Notes: a model not told the origin generated them from the sequence alone. 64,000 nt of DNA from Bugula neritina (GCA_964035545.1 OZ037769.1:5437929-5501928), one strand, 5' to 3'. Counted from the first letter of the stretch, positions 11,701 through 25,400 are shown. Program-made: numbers and translations.

Positions 11701-14700
11701 GAAAGCCCCGACTGAAAAACTATGGAATTCATATTTAGAGCCATGTCTTTTCATCTGCCATTATGGAACATCTACCAGTATCAGATAAAAAGAAAAACTA
11801 ATGCTTATATGTATAAGTGGCTATTACAACAGAGGTATACCCCTTTTCATTGGTCAATACTATATCTTAGATAAATCTGAGGTCAATACCAAACTAATAA
11901 TTACTCAAAATTTAAATGATTTATAGGATTATCAAAACCAAAATTTCCATATTTTTCACCAGAAAACGCAACAGTCTAATAGCTGAGTTACATTTTTACT
12001 ACAAGAATATAGGAGCACCAAGTAACACTTGGTTATTCCAAATTCCACCATCTTTGTAGCAATCACCCAACTCCTGCTCACAGATGGACAGATTTTTTTA
12101 CATGCACATATACAATTCCTTGCTTAATACTGTTATTGCACAAGCTTCTATATGGACTAATGCAACACAATATAACAGCTCGCATACAATGTAACATAGT
12201 CCACGTATGATATAACACAGTCCATATACAAAGTAACACAAGCCTACACACCAAGTGAAGGACATACTATAACTCACTGTTAAAACCATACAGTAGTTCT
12301 CTTTGATGGCACCGCAGCATCCAAAGAATGACACCAGGAAAATGATGAGTCCCACAATGATGAGTAAAATGGCTGGTCCATTAATGTTGGTGCTGAGGAA
12401 ATCCAGGTAGGCCGACAGCTGCGTCTGAACATAAGCACCCACGGCTACCAACGTGATGCCAAACAGCTGAAATCATAAAGGAAACATTCATAGTGCTTTA
12501 CAGAGCAAAGTTTCTGAAGGTAACATCAAAGCTACTATGTGCTCCCTCCGTATTTCACCAAACTATGTGTCTGAAACCTCAATTCGTGGCATAATATAAT
12601 GCCAGATTTAACTCAGAGATCTGTTGAGTTCTGCCATTTTGTCCTACACAGAATATAAGCCATAAAACCAAGCAAACCCCCAATCCGGTGAGAAATAAAT
12701 CCTATAGAAATGGAGAAAGCACTGTATTACCAACAATTTGTCAAACTTGCAAGCCAGAAGAAAGGCTAATCTTCTTCCCAGATGTTGCCATTCCAAGTTA
12801 CCACCGGCAATTTTACATTTAACAGATATGTAGAAACAAGAACTCCAGAGCAGGTAGAACCATTTCAACTATTTGACAACTGTATAGTAGAGCAACAGTT
12901 GCAATTGTTACCGGCTGAGAGTTATTACATGAGCTGTGTGTTAGTATGTAAACCCATAACTATATCCATGAATGTCAGCTTGTCTCACAGCAAGGGAGAG
13001 AAACTACACATTGAGTTTATTTTAGCACAGATACCAACTTTAGTGAGTATACTTGCTTATTTCTATAAAAAATGGTTATAACTTGATGTTTAGTAAGAAA
13101 TGTTAACAATGCACTTCTCTTCTTTTAAAATGATAATACTACACTGGGCATTATTTCTTATGGCTAGAAGACATGAGACATATTCAATTGATATAATAGA
13201 AAACTGTGGGCATTACTACATATAAATCAAAGTAGAAGAACAAAGATATCTAATAAATGCATTATGAAAGCAAAATATATACTTTATGATATATTGGACA
13301 TGTTCTTACCATTTTTATTAAAATATAAATTTTCAGAGTACTTTCTGTTGGACAATTTGGAGTAAATAATTTACTATTGAAAGTAGTGGGCATTTACATT
13401 GAAAGGTGAGTGGTAAAAAAGCAAGCCCGGCAAAGCAATTAGTCAGTGGCTCAATATTAGATCCTAGAGTAGATTTACAGATAAAGCGTAGAGAATATAA
13501 ACCAAACCCCATTGTTAGAGCAAGAGTAAGTAGGCAATACTTTACCAAACAACTACTAAACAGAAGTTACATCTAGTCATTTGAGCTCACTAAAAACAGA
13601 CCAAAGCAGAAAGAATTACAGCATTATGCTGTGAATAATTGATGCGGCATTAATTGTTGTTATTGCTGCTTCAAATTATATATTTGCTTTCATTATTTGG
13701 CTTTCGCTAGAAATGTAAATAGGGGAGGGTGGGGCAAGTTGAACCAAAAATTACATTTTTGAGCATAAGTTTTAGAAGAACTCTTTTGCCAATCCAAAGA
13801 CCAGTGCCATGAAAGTCAGTCATATGTTGCTGTTTTTGTCCATTAAAACTAAATGCATAGACATTTTACTCACTAGAATTTTTTGACTGTAAGGTTTTTG
13901 CCACAATTTTTAGAAAGAGTGCATACAAGAAATATAATCATTGCCTAAATTTTTTGACTGTAAGGTTTATGGCACAATGTTTAGAAAGAGTGCATACAAG
14001 GAATATAATCATTGCCTGAATCTTCTATCGAAAATCATGCAGGAAGAACAGCCCTCGACACGAGCAACAGAATATATAATTATGATGAAATTACAAGAGG
14101 CTTTCAAAATATAATAATAACCACAAAGTCTGCTGTCGGCTTGGAGTTGTCTTCTCTGTACCTGTAACCTCACTAGTTTATCATGGTAGTTTCTTACCAA
14201 AAACTATTAGAGACACTAGACTCTAAAGGTAACATAAAATAAAAAATGAACACAACATTTACCAAACCTGTAGTCAAAAAATTAGTAACAGTAATACTAG
14301 TACTAAGCCTAATACCTTAATTTGAATTTCAATACCAATATAAATCCTTATTCATTATCAGTATCACTATGATTATGATAACAGTAACTTATACTGTTAA
14401 TAGTTATAGTTATAACTATAAGTTATAAAATTAACAGTTACATTAACACTAACACTAACAGTAACTCCAAAAGTACTTTAAAGTTATAGTTAAACATAAT
14501 CATAATGTTATACTAATAATAATACTAATAGTAATAGTAATACTAATACTTATGCTTTAGCTTATAGCTACACTTATAACAATAAGTAAAACATTATGAT
14601 TATCATTATCATTATGACTATGACTATGAGTAACTCAACTTAGTCTTGTACTTGTAGTTATATGCAAGTATATTAAATTTAAATTCGATACTTACAAAAA

Positions 14701-14758
14701 ATATTAAGTTGAAGATAAAAACAAGGTATTTCACACAGTTGATAGGACCTGAGACCAT
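8780..14758 (-). CDS. CD63: Tetraspanin, CD63-like (~237-239 aa), with alternative terminal exons
   Basis: Exons 14758-14696 (MVSGPINCVKYLVFIFNLIFF), 12466-12278 (...SFFGCCGAIKENYCMVLT), 11630-11454, 10830-10693 (WHCCG...PKSCC...TC), 10481-10398 (GC...IGAVGIALAVIQ). These are followed by 9359-9297 (VMGIVFSCCLARAVRKEYEV*) or 8848-8780 (VIGVVVSCYLAGGLRNKKHRLL*). Four TM segments and a 6-Cys large loop; all junctions are phase 0. Exact orthology to CD63 is inferred. Confidence 0.88.
10938..11120 (+). mobile_element. tRNA-derived SINE, internally deleted copy in a tetraspanin intron
   Basis: Matches the family body gaagtcatgggttc...cattggtgatgtt...gaagagcat...cacagggatggtgac. Confidence 0.8.
13876..14020. 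repeat. ~70-bp tandem duplication
   Basis: aattttttgactgtaaggttt...agaaagagtgcatacaag..atataatcattgcct occurs twice. Confidence 0.85.
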
Positions 14759-14869
14759 CTTGTTTCTATTAATTACGGAAAATTGACGAGTAAAAGAAAA
14801 AAAGTAAAACTTTCAAGTCTAATATTTGTCAAACCACTTGCCAGCACCGAGGACTGTTGGAGGCGAGAA

Positions 14870-14935
14870 TGCTGTAATCAGCGCATGCGCTATATCATCA
14901 TAACAAATATCACGTGGTAAATCATGTGTTTACTA
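14870..14935. promoter_or_regulatory. Candidate bidirectional promoter of the tetraspanin and SCARB2-like genes
   Basis: GCGCATGCGC (NRF1 consensus) 14881-14890, TCACGTG (E-box/CLEAR core) 14910-14916 and TCATGTG (M-box) 14922-14928. They sit in a CpG-richer patch ~120-170 nt upstream of the tetraspanin ATG. Confidence 0.6.
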
Positions 14936-16429
14936 AGCTGAGTTCCTCGTTTTCTATTGCAAGCTGTAGACATGGACATATCAAAATCATCGTGTAATCT
15001 GTTGTCGAAACATTTAATCTAGAAGCAAGGTCTAAACCCAAAACAGCGGCAAGAGAACTAAAATGTTATAACAAGATTTCACACCGAGTATAACTATAAG
15101 ACTAAGTGAATGTAAATTTTGTATGAATATTAAAGAAAATATTATTACTATTAGTATTAGTATTACTATCTATTGTATTAGGCATTAGTATAAGTACACA
15201 ATACTAGTAGTTTGAGTCTTGTATAAACATCAATAGTTTATAACTTTTGTAATCGCCCCCCAAAACACAAACCTTAAACTCAAAGTTAAAGTAAGTTTAA
15301 AGTTAGGGCTTAACCGCTGTCGACCATTGTGAAGTGTGAGCGTATTATAATTATATGGCAATTATTTTATTTTAATTTTTATGACGCCATTCTTTCAGTT
15401 TTACCTTGATTTACTTATCGGTGCGGCTAATGCCTGTGACTCTCCACTTGGTTTTACTTTGACTTTCTGTTTCAATTTGAGATTAAAATTGATCATTGAT
15501 GTTAAGTTTATTTTTATAATTATATTTGATAATGTATGATTATTGGTTATGGCTATCACTAGACACTATCACTATGCCCTGGGCCTAAGCCTATCAGTAT
15601 CGAATCTTATGGCTATAGTATAGACATAATCATGTGTATTTTAATTTTTCATTCATTTTGATATTGTGATTGTCACGAATCCTGAAATTTGAAATCTTCT
15701 AACATGAAAATGAGCGCATTCTTTTCATTTTTATTTTATTCAACATACTCTCATACATTATGATTAAGTATAACTTTATTAAACTTGTAGTTGATGTTAT
15801 ACATATACTAATAATAATACAGGGCAGACCTAGTCAGCTGATTTTGAGAGTGTGATTCTGCAAGCCCAAGGTGGTATCCGTATTGTAACTATTGTATCTT
15901 GATTTGTACCTAAAGAAGGGACAAAGATTACTTTGTTTTAGTTAATAATTAATTGCCTTGTTTTTAATTTTAAATAAACACTTTTGACATCGGAATAATT
16001 TCATTAGAGTACAAGATTTCTACTTGCAATATACCTGTTCAAGTAGCTATTTATCATTTAGAGAGAAAATGCTCAAAGAAAATTCTTAGGTGTATTATAA
16101 CTCCTGTGCAGTAACAGTTTTATGCGAAATACTTCAATATTTGGAATATTGTTAATTTTTGTTAGATATTATTTGAAAATAATGTGTGTTTTAATATATT
16201 TAATACGGATAGTTTTGGTTTTTTATCTAGTGGGTAGCTTTTCTACATTTATGTTTGTAATAGATTTTTATTTGCAACCTTTACTAAAAAGTTAATTTAA
16301 TTATTTGAAAGTTACTAAAAGACTCTTGTAATACAGATTTCTATAAATTTGCTTTGTTCATTGTAGTATTTGATGATTAAATTCAGCAATACTTCAGTTC
16401 TGGCAAATGCTGCATGAGCCGAAACCAGT

Positions 16430-19400
16430 ATGGTTAAAAAGCAATGTTGCTGTCCCATCACTGGGATTGTTATTGGAGTTATTGTGGTAGTCATCAGTCT
16501 TATTGTGGAGTTTGTGATTGTGCCATATGTGTTTAAGGAGGTAATGTAAAGCAGTACATACTTTACGACACAAACTCTTGATTTTTAGAAATGATGCATA
16601 ACTGTGTTGTGCACTACTTTATTTTTTCGGAAAAGGTTTTTTGATTTTGTGTATAAATTGAAAAACTAATAACTATGGATTCAAATTGTTTTTAAATCAG
16701 CAGTAGTCAAACCTTATAGTTCATAAAAAATTGACGCAAAGGATGAAAAATAATTCTATTAACTAGTTAGTTACTCAGCATCTAATATCTTTCATTCTGA
16801 AATAGTTAAATTCTTATGCTTTTATCTCACAGTAATTGATAATTACAATTTACATTACATTCTGTAGTATGTTTGGGTTAAATTTTTACCCTCAACATAT
16901 TTATTATCACAGAATCTAGAACTAAACAATAGCTCGATGCAATATAACAACTGGTACAGGCCAGAAGTGCCAATTTCTATGCAGTGGTATATTTTTAATC
17001 TGACAAACGCGGATGATGTGGTTAATCATGGAGCAAAACCTTCATTTGTTCAGCTCGGACCATATACTTACAGGTAAGTCATAATGTAAGTCTATGCATG
17101 CACTGCTTTATGCCAAAGGATTTTTCATCTGATGTGTAGGGACAGTTTCAATTGAATGAGGCCACAACCATGGGTTAATTCAACTGCAAATCCATCTGTA
17201 TGGATCCTTTCGAAGCTTTCTGATGACGAATTTTATAGTCCATAGCTCTTCTGGTCTTTTAATCATATTGCTTTAAGAAAGTGGCTCGGGAGCAGCCGTG
17301 GTCTAGGGGATAGAGCGTTTGCCTAGTAAACACGAAGTCATGGGTTCGAACTCGACAAATGCCATTGGTGATGTTAGGAAGAGCATCCAGCCATAATTGC
17401 TCCTGTGCCTCATTTAAACAAGTCCTTAGCCCGCTTTAACAAACACCCCTTTTCATTAGAGGTTTTCTCACAGGGATGGCGTCTATAAACCTTTGTGTAT
17501 TTTTTTTAAGAAAATGGCTCATTGTATGTGTTTTAGTTGCTATTACCGAATGTATTTTCTGTAGAGAGTACAGATGGAAAACACATCTAAAATGGGACTC
17601 AGACAAGGGTACTGTGAGATATAAAAATCTAAGATGGTGGGTGTTTGAACCCAATAAATCAGCCGGTTCCGAAGATGACCTTATATGGTCGATTAATCTT
17701 CCTCTGGTGGTACGTCTGGTGTATTAGCAGTTTCTCTGGTGCCCTGGTTTACCTAGTGACACTTGTATTGACTGCATATTTATGTGTAGCTTTTTCACTT
17801 GCTGTTCCTTCATTTCACTACCTTGTAGGTACTTCCTTTTAGACAATCCCTTGAAGCATAGTAATATGTTGCCAGGCAGTAGCCGAGCAATACCAGTACA
17901 GCCTTTACATAAAAACTGCAGAAATCATATTGTGTTTTGCATATCCAGCGTTGCGTTGTTTACAGTACAGAAAGTGCAACTAACATGCAGCTAAAACTTT
18001 GGGTTGATCAAATAGTTTGAGCTGTAGAGTTAACAAGGCATAAGAAATGCTGCAAGGAAGGCCTATTTACTTGTACATTTTTATTTTGTAGTTTAGCTGT
18101 AAATCATTGTTTTTCATTTTTCAGGGGACATTTTTGATTTTATCATTAATTTATTTTTCAATAAGATATTTGATTGCTACTCCCCCTAGTTTATTCCATT
18201 TTTATGATGGTGAAATATTTCTGCTGAAGTAAATTTAGTCAACAAATTAGTTATTCTGGCGCACACATCAGCTTATCATATCATGAAGGCCAACTCTACT
18301 ATCAAAACATTGCAAACTGAGTGCTTGTGAACTATGAGCTCTGGTTATGAAACATCTATCTTGATAAGATGACAAATTTATCAGTTCAGTAAATAAGATA
18401 TGCTATGTTCTAGCTGAGAATCTGTTAACCATTATTGATAGAAAATATATGTAATATATTGTGGGTTAATCACTATTCTTCCCATTGCTTCGCATTTGGA
18501 TTTTTCGTTCAATGTTTGGGAACAGTTCATTTGAATGAAACTGCAGCCACAACTTAATACAGACCGCAACCATAAATTCATTCATACAAGCATACATACG
18601 GATCTATTTGAAGCAATGGGAAGGCAGTGACTATAATACTGTGGTTTATACTAGCATTAAATTAGGAATATTCGAACATGATTTGCCATACCAACTTCAT
18701 GGTTATTAGTTATCTGTTTTACTTCTGATTTGCAATTCTAGTTGATTTCAGACAAAATTGTTAGCCTTTGATCTTTGCTTTAGACTGTAGCAGAGTCTCT
18801 CCGGTACGAGCCTTTCTTTATACAAGAAGTATTTGGATTGGTTGCTAAGTTTTACAGTGAGGGGTTGTACAGGAAGTATACAATGAAGGAGTTGATCTGG
18901 GGCTACCACGACCCTATGATGACACAAGCTATGAATCTGCTCCCAGACATGTTCTACACGGACTTTGTTGGTGTTTATGCCGGGGTAAGTCTTCATGTCT
19001 CCAGACGGCCATCTTTCTAACACATCAACCCCTAAAAATGTTTTGCCACCATCGAATACTAAATCTCCATCTTAATTCATTCCCAAAACTACTCGACAAT
19101 AATTTTACTTCTATGAGTTGTAGAAAGTTCTTTGTGTCATTTACTGATATACCAGATGTGTTCAAATGAGTGGAGAGTAGAAGATATTGTTTTGCAGAAA
19201 AACTACACAGATGATGGTGTATGGACCGTTAGTACAGGTGAAAAGGATATTGCAACTGTAGGTCAAACAGTGGCTTACAATGGCACTAAATATCTTAACT
19301 TCTGGTCCAGTCAATACGCGAACATGGTGAACGGCACAGGTAAATTTGGCTATCGATAAGTCGTGGCCTAGAGATTAAAGCGTTTGTCTAGTAAACACAA

Positions 19401-22400
19401 AGTCATGGGTAAAGGCCATTGGTGATATTAGGAAGAGCATCCAATCATAATTGCTCTTTTGCCACATATAAATAAGTCAGTAGCTCGATTTAAAAAAGCC
19501 CTTTCCATCAGAAGTTCTCACAGGGATAGCGACTATAAAGTCACTCCTCAAATGAAATGAGAAGGGAAACTTTTTTCAACTTCAATTGAAGTTCTGTTTT
19601 TTCTCTTCTGCATACTCTAGTCAACTCTCATAAGTTTATAGTCACCATTTCTGTGAGAAACCCCTGATGGAAGGGGTTTTGTTAAATCAAGCTAAGGATT
19701 TATTTATATGCAGCACAGCAGCAATTATGACTGGATGTCCTTCCTAGCATCACCAATGGCCTTCTTCCGTGCTCGAACCCATGACTTCCCGCTAACTAGG
19801 CAAACACTCTAAACCCTAGACCACGGCTGCTATACTTTGGGTTCTAGTTGCTAACCAGATATTTATCAGATGTATTTGTTGGCTAGCTGCCATCCTACAA
19901 TTAGTCCACGGACATGGAACAGTTTTGTTGGTGAGTAATAGATCTGTTGAGCAGAGACACCAGTGTGTTATGGTTGAGATAGAACTTGTAGACACTGGTG
20001 GAATTGTGTCCTAAAGATAAGCTGTAAACTTATCACTAGTTGATGCAATTATCTGTGTTTTAGCCAAAACTCTCACATTTAAACTTTTGACTCAATAATT
20101 TGCCTTTTGTGTTTTTCAAAGATTAAATAACTAATTGTTTTACAGTATTTTCATAATAATTTTTGTTAGCACTACTAATTAAAATATTGAGTATTACTCT
20201 GTCAGCCCAACTATTTAGGCAGGTGCAGGTTATGGACTGTTAGGCATTGTCAATATGAAGAAATTACTGTAGCAGCATTCGAATATACTTCACTTGTGGC
20301 TGAGTTAGTTTTTATTTACAATACTGGTGATACAATGTGAAAATTGTGGATAGTTGTGGCAATAAGGTGTTCATTCCCCATTTTCCTGCTAGTTGTAAAC
20401 ACCATGTGGTTTAAGCTACTACATGTTGAAAATCCATGTCACAAATTTGCTCGAACACAATTTCTGCACTTTTTTACAAACTTGTTATATAGTATCAAAT
20501 CAAATAAATTTATTATGTAAGTGGACAAAAAAACAGGTGAGCAACTGTTGGGGATTAGATTACATCTTGCAATTGAATGTGTTAGATTTCTCTACGTATT
20601 CATGTCATGAATTCCAAAATGTTGGTTAGTTCCAAAATCAATTGCTAGTGCCATCACCATTGGTTGTATAATTAGTTATTCTACTACATTAGATTTTTAA
20701 ACATTTTAGATGGCACAGTTGGGAAACCTGGCATCACAAAAGATGAACAATTTTATATGTTTGTTCCAGACTTATGTAGGTGAGTAGGACAACTTGATCT
20801 GGCGTGTGGTGTAACAGCCACTCTAATAAAGTGAATGCAAAATTATACTATCTAAAACCTGATTCCCAGCTTTGCATGCATTCTGGTGACAAAGTAATCA
20901 ACGGGTATTTTAATTGCAGTAGCATTTAAAATAAAACTATAACTTTAACAACATAATATTAATTTATTAGTATATTAGAAGTGTTTCAAGTATTGTTCAA
21001 TATATGTACATTTTATTATCATCTTTGAACCATTTATAAGAGGCTGTTGTACATTTGTTGCTCCGCACTAAATAGACAGTTTTTATAGAGCTAGTTTTGA
21101 GGTTAAACAGTTGAAAAATTTTAACAAAAGTTGTTTTTCGGTTGTTCTACTGTCCAGTTTCCCTCTTTTCAACGTCGCCAGTTTAAGTTACACTTGAAAC
21201 AGGTTGTCATTGGTCTAAGTATAACTGCCATATCCAATTTGTGAAACAAATTCTCTACTCAACTTGAGAGTTGTTTTCTCCTGTGCACATTATTTCCTGT
21301 ATCCTTACATAATGCTTGTCAAGGTCTTTATATGGAATTTACTCTGAGGAGGAGGAGACATCTGAAGGCATCACTCTCTACAGATTCTCACCAGATGCGA
21401 ATGAAATGAAGAACGCTACTGGAAACCCAGACAATGCTGGTTTCTGCACTCCACCAGGAAACTGTTTGCTAGGAGATGGCATGATGAACCTAACAGTGTG
21501 TCAGCTGTGTGAGTATGAATATGAAGGTGTTGGTGGCGATAATAGTGGTGGGTGTGGTTATAGTGGATGTGGTTATAGTGGATGTGGTTATAGTGGGTGT
21601 GGTGATAGTGGGTGTGGTTTTAGTAGGTGTGGTTATAGTGGGTGTGGTTATAGTAGCTGTGGTGATAGAGTGTGGTTATTGTGGGTGTGGTGGTAGTGAG
21701 TGTGGTGATAGTAGGTGCAGTTATAGTGGGTGTAGTTATAGTAGCTGTAGTTATAGTAGCTGTAGTTATAGTAGGTGTGGTTATAGTGGGTGTGGTTATA
21801 GTAGCTGTGGTGATAGAGTGTGGTTATAGTGGGTGTGGTTATAGTGGGTGTGGTTATAGTAACTGTGGTGATAGAGGGTGTGGTTAACTGGTTATAGTGG
21901 GTGTGGTGGTAGTGGGTGCGGTTATAGTGGGTGTGGTGGTAGTAGGTGCGGTTGTTGTGGGTGTGGTTATACTCACCGTTATAGTGGGTGCGGTTATAGT
22001 GGGTGTGGTGGTAGTAGGTGTGGTTATAGTGTGTGTGGTGGTAATGGGTGCGGTTGTTGTGGGTGTGGTTATAGTGGGTGTGGTAGTAGTGGGTGGGACT
22101 ATGTTGATAATAATAGAATTAATGGTAGGAAGCAGAACAGTTTTAATTAAAGTTAATAGTAATACTGCCAACAGTGGAAGTATGTGAACTTACTTTGTAT
22201 TGTATCCTTGCAACATATTAATCATAAAGTCACTCACTGTTTTCATACACATCCGATCTGTAATATGTAACATTCGTGTAGAGATTGTGGATTATAAAAT
22301 GATGAATTTTCGTTTCATGTTTCAACTAGTTGGGTTCTTTTTAATCTACTTGTAGTGGACCATTTCAACATTCCGGTAATGGCCTCATTACCTCACTTCC

Positions 22401-25400
22401 TGTATGCTGACCCTCGATATTTAGAGAAAGTTGAAGGTCTGCATCCTGTTGAGTCTGAACACAAGACGGATATTGCTTTGGAACCTGTAAGTGTGATCTG
22501 TGTCTATCTGCATGTATCTGTGTCTATCTGCATGTATCTGTGTCTATCTGCATGTATCTGTGTCTATCTGTATGTATCTGTGTGTATCTGTATTTATATT
22601 TTGTATGCATCTATCTGCATATTCTCATAGCTACATATATCTGTATCTTTTTAACTTTATGTTTCAAGCTGATGCTTCCATGATTATCCGCCATTCTGTT
22701 TTGTGACTATTTACTTTCTTCTCTGACCTTTCACCTTTATATGTCGTGACCTTTCACCTTTATATACTGTGACCTTTCACCTTTATATGTCATGACCTTT
22801 CACCATTATATGTAGTGACATTTCACCATTATATGTTGTCACCTTTCACCATTATATGTCGTGACCTGCCACCATAATCACGGGCTTTCCATGTACCGAT
22901 CTCGCTGAGATCGATCTGAGAAATGCGCTCAGATCGATCGTTTTTCCATGAGAGTGTCAGATCGATCTTGCGAAGTTGCCTCTTCTTAAGTGAAGGATAC
23001 TTTGAAAGTCTAATTTGTTCACCTATTTGAGTGATTAAAGCTACTACTGTTGAAAACAAGATGGTCGTAGTCTAAAATTTAATCCCAGCTATAAACTATA
23101 CGCAGCAAAGCTTTCAGTGTATGGTAATTTGGCCAATTTAAAATATTTAATTTTAATTTCTTAACTTGACAGCTTATATAAAATTAATGGCTGTCTTGCA
23201 GATTATTAATAAACTTACACGACTGTAAGGCTTAAAATTACAAAGAAAATAGCTAATGAAACTAAGTTTTAATAGTCATTTAAATTCAATTTAAATTCTC
23301 CAATTTTTTTTTATCTTCTACTGCATATAATTGAGTTTTTTTAATCATTGTACTGAAAGTCAAAGTTTTGGCATCTGAAAAGGTGGCTATCATAATTATT
23401 TAATACTTTGCTTAGTAATTATCAACAAGTTATCATTTTTATTAGCAGACAACATTGTAGCGCGCAGTCTTTTTCCACTTCCTCTTTCCATGGTCTTATT
23501 AGAGCTCTACAGACCGACCAGCTCAGATCGACGGAGATCGATCTTTGGTGTCTTTCCATGGATCGATCTCGGTAAGATCGATCTGAGATCGGTCCATGGA
23601 AAGCCGGTGTATATGTAGTGACCCCTTACCATTATTTCTTAGAGAACCGGCATTGTTATGAGAGTAGCCAAGCGGCTACAGATAAACATGTACCTCAGAG
23701 CTGTTGAGTATATAGACTTCATGAAAGATGCTCCAGAGATGGTCTTCCCAGTTGCCTGGCTCAATGAGGTTGGTCTTTTAGACATTTTCAGAAGTTTCCT
23801 ACAAATTAACGTTTTTTTGCTATCAGAATTCCGACATCTCAGCCATGGCTGATATCCAAGTATTGTTTCGGTCTACAATTTCTTTATGAAGCTCGTTAGA
23901 TTCAATTCTTGGATTGTATTACCTGCTCATGAAAGTTTTATGTGTACACTACTATATGCAATATTATTCAGCTGCTGTTTTTATTTAAATTATTTCATCC
24001 CAAGGTAATTTGTTTTTCTCGTCATTATCGGAGAATTCTGAATAGCGAGTTATTGTCTAGAAGTAAAACAAAAATACATTAGACTGTATCCATTTTTTTT
24101 GTAAAGAAATAAACGTTCACTGTTAGTGCTCCACCCTATTAGAAGCTCTTATTACTTGTAAGTTGTAACTGTTACTATTTTTGAATAATTTTTACTGTCA
24201 GTAGCTTTTACTGTTAGTAACTCTTACTTCTAGTGACTTTCACTGTTAGTAACCCTTGCTGTTAGTAAATCTCAGTATGAGTAACTCTCACTGTGAATAA
24301 CTCTACTTGTAGAGTGCCGTGATAGACAGCCAGAATCAAGATGTCTTCCTATCACTAATGCAGCTGATGAATGTAGCGAATATCCTCTGCTATGTGATGT
24401 ACGCTTGCGGGGGCTTGTCCGTGATTGGTTGCTCAGCCTATCTCACTTGCTACTGTGTCAAGGTTAGCTCATGTTCTATTATTAATATTGGAATTATTTT
24501 CTCATGCTAAGTAATACCACAGTTAGACTCGTCTTGGCTATACAACTACACAGCTTCCACTAACTAGGAATTTGATTGGTCTATAGAATTCCTTTTAATG
24601 CAAAACAGAAGGCAGTATTTGAGTCTTTCCAAGTGACCTCTACAAGGTCATTGCTAGCTTTGTTATCTGCTAGCTTAGCAACTGGTGCTTTTACAAACCA
24701 GGTCTGCACAACGAAGTTTATTTTCTGTTATATATAGATAAACAGTTTATATAAATGATAGCTTCATATTCTATATGTTGTATATGTGTGCTAATAGCCA
24801 GTGAGTCAGGGTACATGTGTTGTATAGCAGGCGAAGTTGTGCAGCCTCGGGTCTTCAGTATTATAGTTGTAACGCCATTAGTGTGTTAAACATTAGTCAC
24901 TGAAAATACATGTATATACTGGAGGAATTCTCACAGGCTATCTTGTAAAATTTCCTTGATTATATTATATTATGTGGTTTCCGAGTTTTGCACTGTTTTG
25001 TTTTATTGTATTGAATCAGAAAGTAATGCGAAAGTAGATAATGTGTGGTGCCACCCAAAAGGAGGTAATGATGAAGCTGGCATATCTAGTAGAGGCCTAA
25101 AATGGTCAACAACTAGTCAGTTAATGTACATCTCTCTATTAAATGGGCTACACCTTACACCCTCCCTGAAGGTGTTTACTACAAGCCGCTGGTTTATGTA
25201 TACAATCACTGCATTAATGCCTGTAAAACTCTGGTGCCAATATAGAAGTTGTCTACTCATTTATGACTTGGCAAAAGTGGTTTCAGCAGCCACATGATCT
25301 TATAGGTTGACTGCTGCATGCAGTTTATACCAGAAGCTGGCAGCAGTGGCTGTTCTATCTCGGCAGCAGATTGCAGAAGTCAATGAAATATTATAAAGTT

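Noticed and set aside
17288-17365. tRNA-like sequence with A/B boxes (also 32986, 53827, 19830)
   Set aside because: No complete acceptor stem was seen, and each copy continues into a shared non-tRNA body; one has a TSD. These are SINE heads, not tRNA genes.
21509-22187. ORFs encoding (GCGYS)n, (VVIVG)n and Thr/Pro-rich repeats that resemble keratin-associated or mucin proteins
   Set aside because: They are translations of a 15-bp intronic minisatellite. The SCARB2-like exon ends at the T|gtgagt donor at 21508 and resumes in frame at 22356.
22720-22878. Regularly spaced 20-26-bp repeats as a possible CRISPR array (also 1940-2240, 49605-49690)
   Set aside because: Head-to-tail units without unique spacers, no cas genes, and a eukaryotic intronic context.
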